Shown here: one piece after another, positions 1 through 9,166 of the stretch
Layout of the letters: every line of letters begins with the position of its first letter
Numbering within the stretch: position 1 is the stretch's first letter
NCBI GenBank assembly: GCA_964534365.1
Contig: CAZHOI010000001.1
Coordinates: 254,171-305,541, forward strand
From: an uncultured Candidatus Saccharibacteria bacterium
GTDB lineage: Bacteria > Patescibacteriota > Minisyncoccia > Phycocordibacterales > SW-6-46-9
Length of the DNA: 51,371 bases
Reading direction: 5' to 3'
Program-made: the position numbers and the translations under genes
The notes under the pieces: model-generated
The model's input: only the letters and a program-made list of their open reading frames with translations
What the model was told of the DNA's origin: nothing
Databases searched by the model: none

Positions 1-2073
1 AGCTGCCATGGCTTTGAAATTATTTTTCGATTGATCTAAATTCATTCCCTCGGCAGCTGCCTCGGCGACTTCTAGCACTGCACCGTGCGTTAGTATCAAA
101 ATATTCTTTCCTGGATATTTAATAGCATATTCATCCAAAAACTTATTAATACGATTTTTTACATCTATAAAGGCCTCGCCTTCAGGTGGTCGATATAAAT
201 AATCATCCACATTACTACTATGTCGTGCGTCTCGCCATTCCTGGATATTGCGATTATTGAATTCTCCAAAATTAATCTCGCGAACTAAATCTTCGGTTAC
301 TATTTCTTTATCTGACTTTAATATTTTTAATAAAGTTTTGGCCGTTTGCTGACTGCGTAACAATGGTGAAGATACCACAATATCAAACTGGTCTAGGTTT
401 AAGTTTTTTGATAAATCCTTGATCTCTTGATGTCCCTTGTCGGTAATATCATGAGTTGAGTCTAAACCCGAATCAGCAACATTCGCGACATTATGAGTTG
501 CCTGCGCATGCCGAACGAAAGTAAAACTTGTTTCTGGTAAGTATTTTTTTAGCTCCTCTACTGAATCAATTACAACCCGATCACCATCTTCGGCTTCCCA
601 GATTGGCAAGGGCGTGCCCCAATAGCGCTCACGCGACACTGCCCAGTCCTTGACTCCGCGCAGCCATTCTTCCACTCGCCCGTTTTTTATGTAATCCGGC
701 TCCCAATTAATCTTGTCATTATTTTCCAGCAGACGGGCTCGTAAATCAGACATTCTGATATACCAGCTGTCACGTGCATAGTAGATCAATGGAGTTTTAC
801 AGCGCCAACAATGTGGGTAGGTGTGTTCGTATTTCTCCTTATCAAACAGCAAAGCTGGGCCATTGTTATCTTCCTCTCGCAGTGCTAAATCCCGAATTAT
901 ATCGACGGCTACTTGTTCATCTTTGACAAACCTACCCAACAAGAAATCAGTCCCCTGAATAAAATAACCCTCTTCATTTACCAGATGGAATTTTGGTAAA
1001 CCAATTTTATTACCCAATACAAAGTCATCTTGTCCGTACATAACCGCTGTATGCACAATACCGGTACCATCTTCAGTAGTGACAAAATCAGCTGGATATA
1101 TCTGATAAGCGGTTTGGTCAAGAGCGGTTTTTTCCTCTGCGGTTACAAGATCAGACAGATACGGATAAAGTGGCTTGTACTTTAAACCTACCAATTCAGA
1201 CCCTTTAATTTCATTGATTATTTTATACTCTTTGCTTGCCTTTTGAAAAACTTTTTCTGCCAAATCTTTAGCCAGGATGAAATATTCTTCATTTGGAAGT
1301 CCGACTTCCAAGCTTTTTACTTTGACGTAATCAATCCCTTCCCCAACTGCCAAGGCAACATTACCAGGTAAGGTCCAGGGTGTCGTGGTCCATGCCAACA
1401 CAAAAGTATCTGGATCGTCAATCAGCTGAAATTTTGCAGTCACTGATAAATCTTTGACCGTTTTATAACCTTGGGCTAGTTCATGCGATGACAATGCAGT
1501 GCCACAGCGACTACACCATGGCAGGACTTTGTAGTCTTTATACAATAAATCATTCTTGGCAGCTTGCGAGAATACCCACCACACTGATTCCATATAACCT
1601 GGATTAAAAGTGTAATAGGCAGTGTCGTGATCTAACCAATAACCAATCCGGTCGGTAAAAGCTTGCCATTCATCAACGTACTTTAAAACTGATTCGCGAC
1701 ATTTTTCATTAAACTCGGCAATGCCGTATTTTTCAATATCAGGTTTACCGCTAAATCCCAGTTGCTTTTCTACTTCTAGCTCGACCGGTAGACCATGAGT
1801 GTCCCAGCCAGCCCGTCTGGCCACGTGATAACCTTGCATCGTTTTGTAACGCGGAATCGCGTCTTTGAACGCTCGCGATTCTAGGTGATGAATCCCCGGA
1901 CGACCATTGGCAGTAGGTGGCCCTTCGTAGAACACATATTCGCCCTGTGGAGATGGTTTTTCCAGAGATTTTTCAAAAATATTATTCTGGCGCCAAAATT
2001 CTGAGATTGCTTCCTCGCTTTGGGCAAGTGGTGATTTTTCGAATTCCTGATAATCGTGATCCGACTTGGTCAT
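1..2073 (-). CDS. ileS: Isoleucine--tRNA ligase (IleRS type 2), 5' part, runs off the window edge; contains an inserted histidine-phosphatase domain
   Basis: Missing from the ORF track because it is open-ended. Manual translation from ATG at 2073 gives YVFYEGPPTANGRPGIHH (HIGH region), GWDTHGLPVE, LAWTTTPWTLPGN, DGTGIVHTA and DWAVSRERYWGTPLPIW. Confidence 0.96.
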   Translation of the reverse strand, partial: MTKSDHDYQEFEKSPLAQSEEAISEFWRQNNIFEKSLEKPSPQGEYVFYEGPPTANGRPGIHHLESRAFKDAIPRYKTMQGYHVARRAGWDTHGLPVELEVEKQLGFSGKPDIEKYGIAEFNEKCRESVLKYVDEWQAFTDRIGYWLDHDTAYYTFNPGYMESVWWVFSQAAKNDLLYKDYKVLPWCSRCGTALSSHELAQGYKTVKDLSVTAKFQLIDDPDTFVLAWTTTPWTLPGNVALAVGEGIDYVKVKSLEVGLPNEEYFILAKDLAEKVFQKASKEYKIINEIKGSELVGLKYKPLYPYLSDLVTAEEKTALDQTAYQIYPADFVTTEDGTGIVHTAVMYGQDDFVLGNKIGLPKFHLVNEEGYFIQGTDFLLGRFVKDEQVAVDIIRDLALREEDNNGPALLFDKEKYEHTYPHCWRCKTPLIYYARDSWYIRMSDLRARLLENNDKINWEPDYIKNGRVEEWLRGVKDWAVSRERYWGTPLPIWEAEDGDRVVIDSVEELKKYLPETSFTFVRHAQATHNVANVADSGLDSTHDITDKGHQEIKDLSKNLNLDQFDIVVSSPLLRSQQTAKTLLKILKSDKEIVTEDLVREINFGEFNNRNIQEWRDARHSSNVDDYLYRPPEGEAFIDVKNRINKFLDEYAIKYPGKNILILTHGAVLEVAEAAAEGMNLDQSKNNFKAMAA

Positions 2074-2182
2074 TACTATACTTTACCAAGAACTGGTTAC
2101 TGATGCTAAGAATCTGTTGCATTTGCAGCCTGCTGACCATATATTTATATCGGATTTTCATTCCCACTACTCCCCAGACACC

Positions 2183-2668
2183 ATGTTGCAATTCCTACCC
2201 GGCCGGCCCACTCTGCCCGCTCCGAATTTTCCCGAGTTTCATTATGCTACCGCCCATCAACTGGAATTATTAACTCGCCGAGTCAGACTGACTTATGCTC
2301 TGCGCGAATTAGAACGCGAAGCTGGCGAAACTCTGCCTAGTAGTAATCTAAAAAATTATCTGACCAAAAAGCTCGACCCAATTTCAGGCCCTGCTGCTTG
2401 CCAGGCAGTCAACAGCTTACGTGATGGTCAGACACTTTCAGGCGAAAATAGCGCGAGTCTTCGACCGCTGTACGCCAGTATTGGTATTTACCTGTCTGAT
2501 GGACGGTTCAGCTGGGTATATGAAAAAGCGATCAAACCTCGTGATCAAGTCGCCAGCGTCTTTGCCACGTTGGCAAAATATGGCAACCTGGATATTTCCG
2601 AGGTGCTGGACTGGCTCCAATGTGAAGATTACCTTCGCGCCAAAACTAGAATAAGCTTGCTGACTTGA
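2183..2668 (+). CDS. Orphan helical protein, paralog 1 of a tandem trio
   Basis: ORF track gives 2066-2668, but that TTG overlaps the ileS start. The in-frame ATG at 2183 follows a C-rich leader like those of the two neighbours. Weak similarity to the next two ORFs (LKNYLTKKL..IS...A....NSL). Confidence 0.6.
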   Translation: MLQFLPGRPTLPAPNFPEFHYATAHQLELLTRRVRLTYALRELEREAGETLPSSNLKNYLTKKLDPISGPAACQAVNSLRDGQTLSGENSASLRPLYASIGIYLSDGRFSWVYEKAIKPRDQVASVFATLAKYGNLDISEVLDWLQCEDYLRAKTRISLLT

Positions 2669-2681
2669 AGCGAGCTGTCAT

Positions 2682-2745
2682 GGCAGGGTTGGTAGTAATA
2701 GTTCTTTACCCACCAACCCTGCCTAGTTAACAATAGGCAGTTTTT
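2682..2745 (+). terminator. Alternative hairpins ending in an intrinsic terminator
   Basis: GGCAGGGTTGGT (2682-2693) pairs with ACCAACCCTGCC (2712-2723); the overlapping CTGCCTA/TAGGCAG stem is followed by TTTTT. Confidence 0.7.
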
Positions 2746-2809
2746 ATTTGTGCAACTGTCTAAATTATTTAATAATTGACCTAGTTCCTTCCCACCTACC
2801 CCCAAACCC

Positions 2810-3184
2810 ATGAACCCGGACCTCATTCATTTCTGTTATTGCCTTGGCGTAAGTATTCTCAACGAAGAAGCTAATGTTAGGTTGATTCGAAAAATCACCG
2901 GTTCTGCTGACTATTCTGGCAATAAAATCATACTAGTTAGTAGACTGGGTAGAGTGTATGGCATCAGCGAGCCGATCGCACAGGACTTTATTGACCACCT
3001 ACCCAAGGCAGCCTATATGTCCCAAAGAGAGATTATGAGCAACCTAGGCCGAGAATGGATAGAGTTTTTTGCGGATTCAAATCCACCTAAATCACTTGTA
3101 GAAAACATCTCTGATCGCCTGGCCCTACCTCAAAAAAGAGTGATGAAAATTCTCGAGCAGGTCGAAGCAAGTTCAGCGCCATAA
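2810..3184 (+). CDS. Orphan helical protein, paralog 2
   Basis: 124-aa ORF; aligns by eye with 3344-3706 (FCYCLG/FLITLG, GREWI/AKRWL, RVMKILE/RVIKILQ). Confidence 0.7.
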   Translation: MNPDLIHFCYCLGVSILNEEANVRLIRKITGSADYSGNKIILVSRLGRVYGISEPIAQDFIDHLPKAAYMSQREIMSNLGREWIEFFADSNPPKSLVENISDRLALPQKRVMKILEQVEASSAP

Positions 3185-3206
3185 CGGTTACGCAAAATTA
3201 TAAATG

Positions 3207-3276
3207 GGCAGCGGTAGGAGGATGGTAATTAGTTCTTTATCTCCTACCGCTGCCTGTATCCTAAGTGGCAGTTTTT
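3207..3276 (+). terminator. Second copy of the alternative-hairpin/terminator element
   Basis: GGCAGCGGTAGGAG (3207-3220) pairs with CTCCTACCGCTGCC (3241-3254); CTGCC/GGCAG followed by TTTTT; same loop motif GTAAT(T)AGTTCTTTA as at 2695. Confidence 0.7.
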
Positions 3277-3343
3277 CATTGCTTACTATTAATTTTTATT
3301 ACATAATTTTGTAGGACACCCCTTCCTCACCCTCCCTACCCCG

Positions 3344-3706
3344 ATGCAGATCAAACCTACCACCCCCCAAGAATTCTTGATCACTCTCGGCAGAATGCTT
3401 TTAGGTGAAATATACAGAACCTTTAACCCACCAACACACCGTAGAAATGGTGATATTCATGGAAGCTTGTCACTGTGTCTAAGTAACAAACTAAATATAA
3501 CCGCTCGGCTTGCTGATGATATCGCCAACAAACTAATAGGAGGGAAAAATATCAGACCAGCCCTTCTGACTATCATTGCCAAGCGCTGGCTTCGTAAGGA
3601 ATCAAATAAACGTGGCAACTACGTTACGATTAGAAGAGTAATCAAAATATTGCAGGTAACACCTAAAGATTTGCGTCACATTGTGTCACAACCTCTTGTT
3701 CAATAG
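3344..3706 (+). CDS. Orphan basic helical protein, paralog 3
   Basis: 120-aa ORF with C-rich leader; followed by terminator TGACCACCTAC/GTAGGTGGTCA plus T-run at about 3750-3790. Confidence 0.7.
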   Translation: MQIKPTTPQEFLITLGRMLLGEIYRTFNPPTHRRNGDIHGSLSLCLSNKLNITARLADDIANKLIGGKNIRPALLTIIAKRWLRKESNKRGNYVTIRRVIKILQVTPKDLRHIVSQPLVQ

Positions 3707-3840
3707 ACAACTCTAGTAGGGGTAAAAAACACATGCTCGCTCCTTCCCCTGACCACCTACACTCGCGGTAGGTGGTCACTTTTTTATTTTCAAATTTAGT
3801 TAATTTTGTATAGAATCATATTGGACCTGCCCCTAGACCA

Positions 3841-4164
3841 ATGAAGAAAAAGATAGTAGAGCTCTATGCTATTAGCTTATGCACATTCGGTACCGGCGCC
3901 TTTCTAGTAATACTTAGCTCTTTAGATCCTAGTGAATTAACATTCGTGGCTATTATTTTATTTTTAGTCTATTTATACAACCGCAGGCCAAGGCCAGGCA
4001 ATGGGGGTAATGATAGCCCCGCACTTCCCGTTAGGCCACTTCCACCACGGCCAACACCGCGCAGCTATGCCATAGACAGAAAGCCACAACGTTCCGTGAC
4101 CTCGCCCTTTCCTACCAGAACCCGTCGTCGTGCTATACGATCGGCGGGTTTATTTTTGTCATAA
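3841..4164 (+). CDS. Small two-TM membrane protein with Pro/Arg-rich tail
   Basis: Two hydrophobic stretches followed by low-complexity RPRPG...PVRPLPPRPTPR. Confidence 0.55.
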   Translation: MKKKIVELYAISLCTFGTGAFLVILSSLDPSELTFVAIILFLVYLYNRRPRPGNGGNDSPALPVRPLPPRPTPRSYAIDRKPQRSVTSPFPTRTRRRAIRSAGLFLS

Positions 4165-4207
4165 CTAGTCTATTAAAATTCACTACTCTTATTTTTTAGA
4201 CAAATTA

Positions 4208-5824
4208 CTACATTTTCTCTGGCACTTTAATACCTAACACTTTCAATCCCGCCGAAATAACCTGCGATATTTTGACAATAATAGCCAGTCGATGTGATGA
4301 CGTGACTTTATCCGCAGAATTAACAACCTGATGGTTGGCATAATATGAATTTGCTGCCTGCGATAATTGCAATAAATACTGAACCAATAACTGAGGGGCG
4401 TGTTCTTTCTGGGCTTGTTCCAAAACAATCGGATATCGATATAATAATCGCGCTAATACAACTTCATCTTCTTGCATGCTACCAAGCTTGGGCTCGAGAT
4501 TAAATTCTTGGGCCTTGGCCACAATTGATGCAATCCGAACCACTGTGTACTGCAGATACGGTCCAGAATCGCCTTCAAATGACAGCGAGGTTTCCGGATC
4601 AAAATTAATGTTTGAACCAGGCGAGCTTTTTAACACCACGAATTTTAGAGCCCCGACCGCAATTGTTTCGATATCGGCTGGACTAATATCTTTGATTGAT
4701 CGGTCGCGCACCTCGTCTTTGATTGATTCAATAATTTCCTCGGCGGTTGGCACATTGCCCAATCGCGATGACATTTTTGCGCCCTGAAATTTCATCCTTC
4801 CATGCGCGATATGAACAGTTTTATCATGCCAACTTTTGTCAATTTCGCCCGCTGCCGCGAGCATCACCTTGAAATACTGGCTTTGTTCATAATCAGTAAC
4901 AATGATTGATTTATCGGGGCTATACTGATCAAACTTCAACTTTATTAACCCTAAATCCTTGGCTTCATAAGTGGGATAGCCCGCTGAATTGATAAATACC
5001 CGGGCATGCAATCCCTGATCGGTGGCGTCATAAATCACCGCATTCTGACTTTCTTGAAATATCTGGGGAATATTCTGTTTAACTAACTCTTCACCAATTA
5101 CAGCGGCCTCGGATTCAAAAATCAGTTTATCAAATTGTGATCCTAGTTTATGTGTAATGGCTTTAAAATATTCCAGAGTAATATCTTTGCCAATGTTATA
5201 AGCAGTAGTGTATTCAGAGTCATTTCCCTCGTATAAATCTGTGGTGATGTCGCAGATGGTTTTCTGCAACTCTTCATTATCATCATAAGCTCTGGTCCCG
5301 GCCACATAACAGTCGCCTAAAAATTGTAGTTTTTCTTGTAAAGAAGTTTTATCATTTAACTCATCCAGACCACGCTTATTCAGGGCCCAAACTGCCTTGG
5401 CAATTCCCAATGACACATCAGACGGATACGAAACTGTAATTACTTTATGATTTTGGCTACGATACAAACCAGCAATAGCCTCGCCAATAATATTGTTCAT
5501 AGTATGACCAATGTGAAATGGCTTGAATAAATTTGGACTTGAATGTTCGACCACTATCGTTTGTTTTTCAGAATTTGAACTGAATTGTAATCCGTGAGTT
5601 TGGTTAAAAACTGATTCCAGGGTCTGATCGTCCAGCCAGAAATTGATAAAGCCGGGACCAGCGACCTCTATTTTTTTGAACCCCTCTACCTCCCCTAATT
5701 CATCTACAATTTCCGCTGCCAAATCCTTTGGGTTCTTACCCTCGGCACTGGCACGTTGCATTGCAATATTGGAAGTAAAATCCCCTTTAGTGAGGTCGGT
5801 AGTAAGTATTTTTTCTAAATTCAT
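4208..5824 (-). CDS. argS: Arginine--tRNA ligase
   Basis: GDFTSN, AGPGFINF, SSPNLFKPFHIGH (HIGH), KMSSR, FEGDSGPYLQY, C-terminal PEKM. Confidence 0.97.
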   Translation of the reverse strand: MNLEKILTTDLTKGDFTSNIAMQRASAEGKNPKDLAAEIVDELGEVEGFKKIEVAGPGFINFWLDDQTLESVFNQTHGLQFSSNSEKQTIVVEHSSPNLFKPFHIGHTMNNIIGEAIAGLYRSQNHKVITVSYPSDVSLGIAKAVWALNKRGLDELNDKTSLQEKLQFLGDCYVAGTRAYDDNEELQKTICDITTDLYEGNDSEYTTAYNIGKDITLEYFKAITHKLGSQFDKLIFESEAAVIGEELVKQNIPQIFQESQNAVIYDATDQGLHARVFINSAGYPTYEAKDLGLIKLKFDQYSPDKSIIVTDYEQSQYFKVMLAAAGEIDKSWHDKTVHIAHGRMKFQGAKMSSRLGNVPTAEEIIESIKDEVRDRSIKDISPADIETIAVGALKFVVLKSSPGSNINFDPETSLSFEGDSGPYLQYTVVRIASIVAKAQEFNLEPKLGSMQEDEVVLARLLYRYPIVLEQAQKEHAPQLLVQYLLQLSQAANSYYANHQVVNSADKVTSSHRLAIIVKISQVISAGLKVLGIKVPEKM

Positions 5825-5846
5825 ATATGAAATTAATTTACTACTA

Positions 5847-6287
5847 CTAATTTATATATCCTTTATTAGCAATTTCTTCCCTAGTTAAAGATAGTTTTGC
5901 TCGCATTTCTTTTTCTGCTACCCAGATATCATCTAATACTTCCTTAAATTTATTTTCAATGCGTTTTTTATAGCTTTCTAAAGCGTCCGTTAACAAGTCT
6001 TTTAAAAAAATTCCAAACTCGATGGATTGTTCAGACTCTGGAACTTGTTCAAAATCAGTTATCGATTGTATATCTGGCGAGGATTCAATTAAATCAAAGA
6101 TATCAAGGGGGTCAGTTTGTTTTATTATTTGTAATAGCCTGTCAACATATTCAAGAGTATTACGCTCTCGCCATTGCTCAAATTCAGCTGCCAAGTCTTC
6201 CTCTCGTTTTGCTGCAATGGCTTCTTTAGCTAGTTTTAAGTCTTTTTTAATCCCCGCAGTTAAATCTGGACTAGTTTCTTTATTCAT
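5847..6287 (-). CDS. Hypothetical acidic helical protein
   Basis: 146-aa ORF; TAGTAT -10 box 6 nt before ATG. Confidence 0.7.
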   Translation of the reverse strand: MNKETSPDLTAGIKKDLKLAKEAIAAKREEDLAAEFEQWRERNTLEYVDRLLQIIKQTDPLDIFDLIESSPDIQSITDFEQVPESEQSIEFGIFLKDLLTDALESYKKRIENKFKEVLDDIWVAEKEMRAKLSLTREEIANKGYIN

Positions 6288-6370
6288 ATCTTAATACTAA
6301 ATCAATTTCAACATATAAAAAAGGCTGGCGCTACTACATGTTGCGCCGGCCTCGTGTGGTGGAAAAGAGC

Positions 6371-6676
6371 TTACGCTACTACCATGACCCTCTTTCGTCC
6401 ATTTATTTGGCGATAGATGGACCTAATCATCTCCTCAGCATGAGGGTCAACCATCAGGTCTTCCAGTCCAGCAAAGTCCGGATGATTGGGGATTTGTTCC
6501 AGGATGAATGACATCCTGCTGACTGTTGGCGATGTAATGTCTAACAGAGTTTCCCCGGACATCATAGAGATCAAGTACGCTAAATCGGGTTTCTCCGTGT
6601 CCGAGGAGGTTATGATCGCCAAGGCGATCGCAGCGGCTGTCTTTTGGCAGCGGGTATGAGAGGTGGTGGGAAGCAT
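6371..6676 (-). CDS. Orphan protein with C-rich leader
   Basis: 101-aa ORF; leader CCCACCCCCTCATATCCCCC-ATG; GC-rich terminator hairpin at about 6318-6352. Confidence 0.6.
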   Translation of the reverse strand: MLPTTSHTRCQKTAAAIALAIITSSDTEKPDLAYLISMMSGETLLDITSPTVSRMSFILEQIPNHPDFAGLEDLMVDPHAEEMIRSIYRQINGRKRVMVVA

Positions 6677-6948
6677 GGGGGATATGAGGGGGTGGGAATT
6701 AGCAACTCTAGAATATTTCTAGTGTTGCTTGTCTAGGTTGTATTGTATGACTTAATATAAAACAAGTCAACAAACGTGACAACCCGTCAACTTTACTGTA
6801 ATTAAATTTTATTGCATTATGCATGACAGAAACACGCTCTGGCTTACTTGAGTGATTAAGAAGCTGGGGTCTCGACTCCAACTTCCATCTTATCAAGCAA
6901 CAGCCCGGGCCCCGTTAACGTTCTCCCCTCTCCCCATCCCCCGTTCAC

Positions 6949-7920
6949 ATGAATCGCATCTTTAACCTGATGGTCATAGCGATCATCGCCCTGCTGCCAG
7001 GCATTGCCTCGGCCACCGACCTTCCGGTTGATTTCGGCGACGAGGTTGCGACATACCTCGAACTGTTCGAGGGTTACGACTACGAAGACGAGATGAAGGA
7101 AATCATCTCGGACCCTCGCAACCAAAACCTCTATAACGAGGTTTGTGCAGACCTGCCAAACAAAACTGGTTGGGACTGCACTGAAGTAGGTCAAAGCTTC
7201 TGGATAGGTAATCATAAAGTCACTATCAAATCCGGCGAGCACGGAATCTCGTGGGCGCTCGAGCGCTTTATTGCCGAGAATCCAGAGGTTATCGAGAAGT
7301 CACGTGACCCTCAGCAACCCTGGCCTGACAATCCGGCCGATCGTGACTCAATCGACAGTTCTGATATTACAACCGCTACTGATTCAGCGGTTGTAATCAT
7401 CAATGGACCTGCCGCTGATTCGGTTACTGAAAATACCGGTGATACTCAGGTAGATACTTCTACCTATATCGATAACGACATTTCGACCTCGCCTTCGTGG
7501 ACTCCTGAAAGAAATCAAGCTTGGATTATGTCAACCAGAATTTTCCCAGAACTTTTTATTGCTTTGGTAATTATTGGATTACTGTGCTTTGGATTTATCA
7601 AATACTGGCCCAGAATTCGTTGGGGTAGATCCCACAAAAGACATCGCGGACGACGACGTTCGTATCCTGGAGGCTCAACTGTTAGATCACGTAGATCTAA
7701 AAAAAGTCGAATTCCTAGGCGAGTACGGATTGCTGATTGGTTCGGCAACTTCTTCGGACGATCACGTAGAGTAACTTTGGCAGAGCGAGCCTATAATGAG
7801 CCGCCACCGATTAGTCCGGAAGACATCTGGGTTGAACCAACTGGTGACAGTGCTCCTCACAAACCAGCGAAAATAAGCCGACTTCCTGGCAAGCCTTTGA
7901 AACCTCCTGCGGAAGAATAA
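6949..7920 (+). CDS. Orphan single-pass surface protein (signal peptide, acidic ectodomain, TM, Arg-rich tail)
   Basis: Signal peptide MNRIFNLMVIAIIALLPGIASA; Asp/Thr/Ser-rich linker; TM LFIALVIIGLLCFGFI; RRRRS-type tail. Confidence 0.75.
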   Translation: MNRIFNLMVIAIIALLPGIASATDLPVDFGDEVATYLELFEGYDYEDEMKEIISDPRNQNLYNEVCADLPNKTGWDCTEVGQSFWIGNHKVTIKSGEHGISWALERFIAENPEVIEKSRDPQQPWPDNPADRDSIDSSDITTATDSAVVIINGPAADSVTENTGDTQVDTSTYIDNDISTSPSWTPERNQAWIMSTRIFPELFIALVIIGLLCFGFIKYWPRIRWGRSHKRHRGRRRSYPGGSTVRSRRSKKSRIPRRVRIADWFGNFFGRSRRVTLAERAYNEPPPISPEDIWVEPTGDSAPHKPAKISRLPGKPLKPPAEE

Positions 7921-8010
7921 TAAAGGGCGAGAGGAACAACCCCGACGGAGCAGCGGCAGCACGACCACTGTTGCTGTTCCCAAGGGGTTTTTATTAATCC
8001 TGTTAAATAT

Positions 8011-8712
8011 TTACTTATCAGCTATTGGCGTAAAGATCTCGTGGTCATCATCCCAGAAAAATCTTGCCTGGCCATCAATTATCAATTCTACTCTATTGTT
8101 TTTTATCCGGGTTTCGACAATGATAATAAGTTTTTCACCACTCTCGATTATATATTCTATTGGAGCTTCATCTTTTGGAACAATGTAAATTAGCTTAAAA
8201 TAGCCAACACCTCCGTTTTGATTGTAATCAATTGCTAAAATTGCCGGAATAAGGTCGCTCTCCTTCAACTTATGAATTTCACTAACGATAGACTCTATAT
8301 CATCCACTAGTTCTACAATTGGTGATAGATTAAAATTTTCATACTTATCTTTTACATCAATTCGCACTACTGTTTTTTGGTCGGAGAACTGCACTTCAAA
8401 AGGAGTAGTTTCAATTATTGTGACCAGATATCTAAGGTAATTAATTTTTTCCTCATCAGGTGGGAATCGATCAAGTTCTTCCGCTATTTCTTCTTCAATA
8501 TCTGCGATTGCTTCGTTATTAATTTGTTGCACTTTCTCCCAACATTCTTTCAACCAGGGATAATCTTCGGGATTGAAATATGGTTTATCTCGAAGTAATT
8601 TCCTAGTATCAATCCGACTTTTCTCCTCAGGATTAAAATCTGGATTATGTCGACCACCACTATAGTCAGGTTCTTTGTCAGAATTGAAATCAAAACCTTC
8701 AATATTAATCAT
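8011..8712 (-). CDS. Hypothetical acidic protein
   Basis: 233-aa ORF; TGC-TATGCT -10 box 6 nt before ATG. Confidence 0.7.
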   Translation of the reverse strand: MINIEGFDFNSDKEPDYSGGRHNPDFNPEEKSRIDTRKLLRDKPYFNPEDYPWLKECWEKVQQINNEAIADIEEEIAEELDRFPPDEEKINYLRYLVTIIETTPFEVQFSDQKTVVRIDVKDKYENFNLSPIVELVDDIESIVSEIHKLKESDLIPAILAIDYNQNGGVGYFKLIYIVPKDEAPIEYIIESGEKLIIIVETRIKNNRVELIIDGQARFFWDDDHEIFTPIADK

Positions 8713-8803
8713 AGTAGTAGCATAGCAAAAAACCGCTCTTTGGGCGGCTTTTAGTATTTTATCGGTTGGAAATTCTAGTTAGAAAGTTAGTGGGTTATTT
8801 TAG

Positions 8804-9037
8804 TTAATTTTTATTAGGGTCTATTTTTACGTATCCATCGCGGCCCAGTATGTCCAAAATTTCATTAATCTTTTCTTGATCACCTATATCCTCTAATTCT
8901 TTTAGTCTGGCAAATAGCCCTTTCGAACTTTCATGTTTAAAAGGTGTGCTAGGTAGTGGATCCCCATAATGATCTTTAAAATCTACCGGTTTATTTGGAT
9001 CAAGATCTGGTCCTTCTGGATGCAATGTAAATACCAT
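8804..9037 (-). CDS. Small hypothetical protein
   Basis: ATG at 9037 lies 6 nt after TATAAT; preferred over the ORF-track start at 9076. Confidence 0.6.
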   Translation of the reverse strand: MVFTLHPEGPDLDPNKPVDFKDHYGDPLPSTPFKHESSKGLFARLKELEDIGDQEKINEILDILGRDGYVKIDPNKN

Positions 9038-9166
9038 ATCTGTATTATACCTTATGTCAAAGTGCTCATAACACAAATTCTAATTTTGGATTTAAATTAG
9101 CCAAATTATTTATCAGTATTTTCAGAATTAGCCAAATTCAAAAAATCAATAAGTTTACGCTCATCT

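Noticed and set aside
1917-2273. ORFs 1917-2273 (+) and 1982-2191 (-)
   Set aside because: Overlap the ileS 5' end and the divergent promoter region; no protein-like features.
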